Shown piece after piece: positions 62,172 through 64,000 of a DNA stretch of 64,000 nt; positions within the stretch are counted from its first letter, which is position 1; every line of letters begins with the position of its first letter. The DNA comes from Candidatus Sulfomarinibacteraceae bacterium. Its GTDB lineage: Bacteria; Acidobacteriota; Thermoanaerobaculia; Thermoanaerobaculales; Sulfomarinibacteraceae. A program made the position numbers and the translations under genes. The notes below the pieces were generated by a model, which saw nothing but the letters and a program-made list of their open reading frames with translations, was not told the origin of the DNA and made no database searches. The DNA lies in assembly GCA_963733915.1 (NCBI GenBank), contig CAVTEP010000001.1, positions 828,214 through 892,213 of the forward strand. Direction: 5' to 3'.

Positions 62172-62912
62172 ATGCGGATTGGAGAAAGCAGACTGGTGCG
62201 GGCGCGCGAGCAACGCTGGAGTCGGCCGTACAACGCGCTCGACCCGGTGGTGCTGCGTCTCGAGCAAGAGGACACACCAGGGCGGCGACGGGCGGTCAGG
62301 CTGGCGATCGCGTTGGCCGTTGTGTTGCACGTCGTGCTTTTCATCGTCGTGTTCCCATCGTACTACGAGGAAACCATCCTCAAGGTCGGCAGCACGCCGC
62401 GAGTGTACCGGCTGCAGTCGGTGAAGTTCGAGCCGCCGCCTAAGCCTCGGGCCCGGCAGACGGTGACCAGGCCGAAGGCGCGGATGGTACCCGTCCCGGA
62501 CGCGACGCCGGACGACCCGGAGCCTCTGATCCTTGATGAGTCGGTGGACGTTTCGGACCTCGATTTTCCCGACGTCGGCGACTCGGTGGCGATTCCCAAA
62601 GGCCCGGCCGGTCCCGCCATAGGACCGATGCAAATCAGCGGCAACGTCCTGGCGCCGGTCCGAATTCATTCGCCCGACCCGCATTACCCCGAGGAGGCGC
62701 GGCATGCCCGGATCCAGGGGGTCGTGATCCTGCAGACCGTCATCGACACCCTCGGCAACGTGACCAACGTCAAGGTGCTCAAGGGGCTCCCCTCGGGGCT
62801 CACCGAGGCCGCGGTGGAAGCGGTCTCGTCGTGGCGCTTCAAACCCGCCACTTTGGAAGGCAAACCGGTGGCGGTCTACTATCTCGTAACGGTCAGTTTT
62901 TCGGTGCAGTAG
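62172..62912 (+). CDS. tonB: Energy transducer TonB
   Basis: TM helix with His, Pro-rich linker, P.YP..AR and WRFKPA. Start uncertain (62130 or 62172). Confidence 0.88.
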   Translation: MRIGESRLVRAREQRWSRPYNALDPVVLRLEQEDTPGRRRAVRLAIALAVVLHVVLFIVVFPSYYEETILKVGSTPRVYRLQSVKFEPPPKPRARQTVTRPKARMVPVPDATPDDPEPLILDESVDVSDLDFPDVGDSVAIPKGPAGPAIGPMQISGNVLAPVRIHSPDPHYPEEARHARIQGVVILQTVIDTLGNVTNVKVLKGLPSGLTEAAVEAVSSWRFKPATLEGKPVAVYYLVTVSFSVQ

Positions 62913-63175
62913 GCGAACGCTCCCACCGTTGAAACGTTTGAACGTTAGAACGTTCCGCCCGCCCTCCCTGAAAAGGCAGTGGGGAAAAGGTGAAAAGGGG
63001 AAAAGGAGCCATCGCAGATTTCGGATTTCGGATTTTCCACCCACCCGTCCCCGACGAGTTTGGTCGCATCCGTTGGACGGGCGGTCAGGGGCGGCGGCAG
63101 GGACAGCGGCCGGGGACCGCGTCAGGGACAGTTGACAGCGGCAGCACCCGGCCGGACCGGCGCGGAGAACGCCGA

Positions 63176-63529
63176 TCAGGTGTTTGGGTTGAGCAAACGC
63201 CAGGTCATGGCGCGGACTTGATCGAAGGTATCGAGCACGATCATGGCGCTTCGTCCATCAACGGCACCAGCCTGAACCAGGAGGCGAAGGTGGCTGTCGA
63301 CCTCCTTGGCTGAGCCGTAGGCGATCCTCCAGAAGTGCTGCCGGTCTCGTCCGGACCGGCCGTGGCCTTCCGCCAGGTTGGCCGGGACCGAGCTAGCCGA
63401 CCGGATCACCTGATCGGCGATCGACTTCAAAGGGGCTGGAACCCTCATCACGAGCTTGATGGCGATGCCAGCCGCGTCAAGGGCTTTCGAGTGGGCAACG
63501 AGGTTGGGGTTCGTGAGCGCGTCGGACAT
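63176..63529 (-). CDS. Four-helix-bundle protein (23S rRNA IVP / TIGR02436 family), 117 aa
   Basis: 11 of 117 residues differ from copy 1 (manual count); same SD and start. Confidence 0.92.
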   Translation of the reverse strand: MSDALTNPNLVAHSKALDAAGIAIKLVMRVPAPLKSIADQVIRSASSVPANLAEGHGRSGRDRQHFWRIAYGSAKEVDSHLRLLVQAGAVDGRSAMIVLDTFDQVRAMTWRLLNPNT

Positions 63530-63678
63530 GTTCACCTCCGGGTCGTTCATGCCCTTCCTCGAGCCGGTGAGGCGGCCGATGTCAAGGGTGCATCGCACCG
63601 GGCCCCTGGCCCGGCTTGCCCTTGACATCGGGTGCCCACCGGCTACCTCTCGCACTGAACGACCCGGAGGTGAACATG
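63527..63678 (-). promoter_or_regulatory. Leader hairpin occluding SD and AUG (copy 2)
   Basis: Perfect 23-bp inverted repeat 63527-63549/63656-63678 (TGAACGACCCGGAGGTGAACATG). Confidence 0.82.
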
Positions 63679-63930
63679 CCCTCGTCACGACCCCTGCTCA
63701 CTGCCCCGGTCGCTGCCGCGGTCGCTGCCGCGGACGCTGTTCACTGCCCCTGCGGTGTGTCGCTGTTCCTGTCGCTGGATTAGCTGATCGGAACTTCCAA
63801 AACTCGATCCCATCAAATTCCGGATGAGCCGAACGTTTCACTCATCCCTTCCAGGGACCTCGGACGGTCACTCCACCCAGGTGGGCGGTTGGTAACGTTC
63901 TAACGTTCCAACGTTTTAACGTTTGTGCCC

Positions 63931-64000
63931 TCAGCTGGCGATCAGCCGCCAGATCGCGACCCACGCCGGCAACGCGACGGTGCACACGAGATAGGACAGG
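63931..64000 (-). CDS. 3' end of a membrane protein (possibly AEC-family transporter), truncated by the window
   Basis: Reads ..LSYLVCTVALPAWVAIWRLIAS*. Confidence 0.4.
   Translation of the reverse strand, partial: LSYLVCTVALPAWVAIWRLIAS

Larger units (their letters stand above)
62926..63924 (-). mobile_element. Putative repeat-bounded element carrying a four-helix-bundle gene (copy 2)
   Basis: Reverse-complement homolog of 39217-40130, with (AACGTT..)n blocks at both ends. Mobility is inferred. Confidence 0.65.

Overview
High-GC (roughly 65% by eye) bacterial chromosomal window. The gene content (kinase-TolB-repeat protein, caa3 oxidase, MshEN proteins, fused NuoCD) suggests Acidobacteriota/Thermoanaerobaculia or a deltaproteobacterium, but this is inference. 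There are about 50 CDS, mostly housekeeping or respiratory: tsaB-rimI, fumC and a split class I fumarase, pseudopilins, vapBC, lemA/TPM, an A2-type caa3 cox operon, pepD, pssA-psd, nuoB-CD-I, HMG-CoA reductase, parA, bactofilin and tonB. No rRNA, tRNA, CRISPR or intact transposase was seen. At least nine apparent single-base frameshifts suggest long-read assembly errors. The standout feature is non-coding. About 19 intergenic loci are built from a shared modular grammar: 7-8-nt tandem repeats, often arranged as inverted arms, around CCCACCC...GGGTGGG brackets that carry cargo. The two largest units (39.2-40.1 kb and 62.9-63.9 kb) each carry a near-identical 117-aa four-helix-bundle (23S-IVP/bAvd-like) gene whose RBS and start codon are locked in a ~150-nt leader hairpin. 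Four gene-less derivatives carrying the same leader and/or trailer modules lie elsewhere in the window. This looks like a transposase-free mobile or structured-RNA element family with autonomous-like and MITE-like members.
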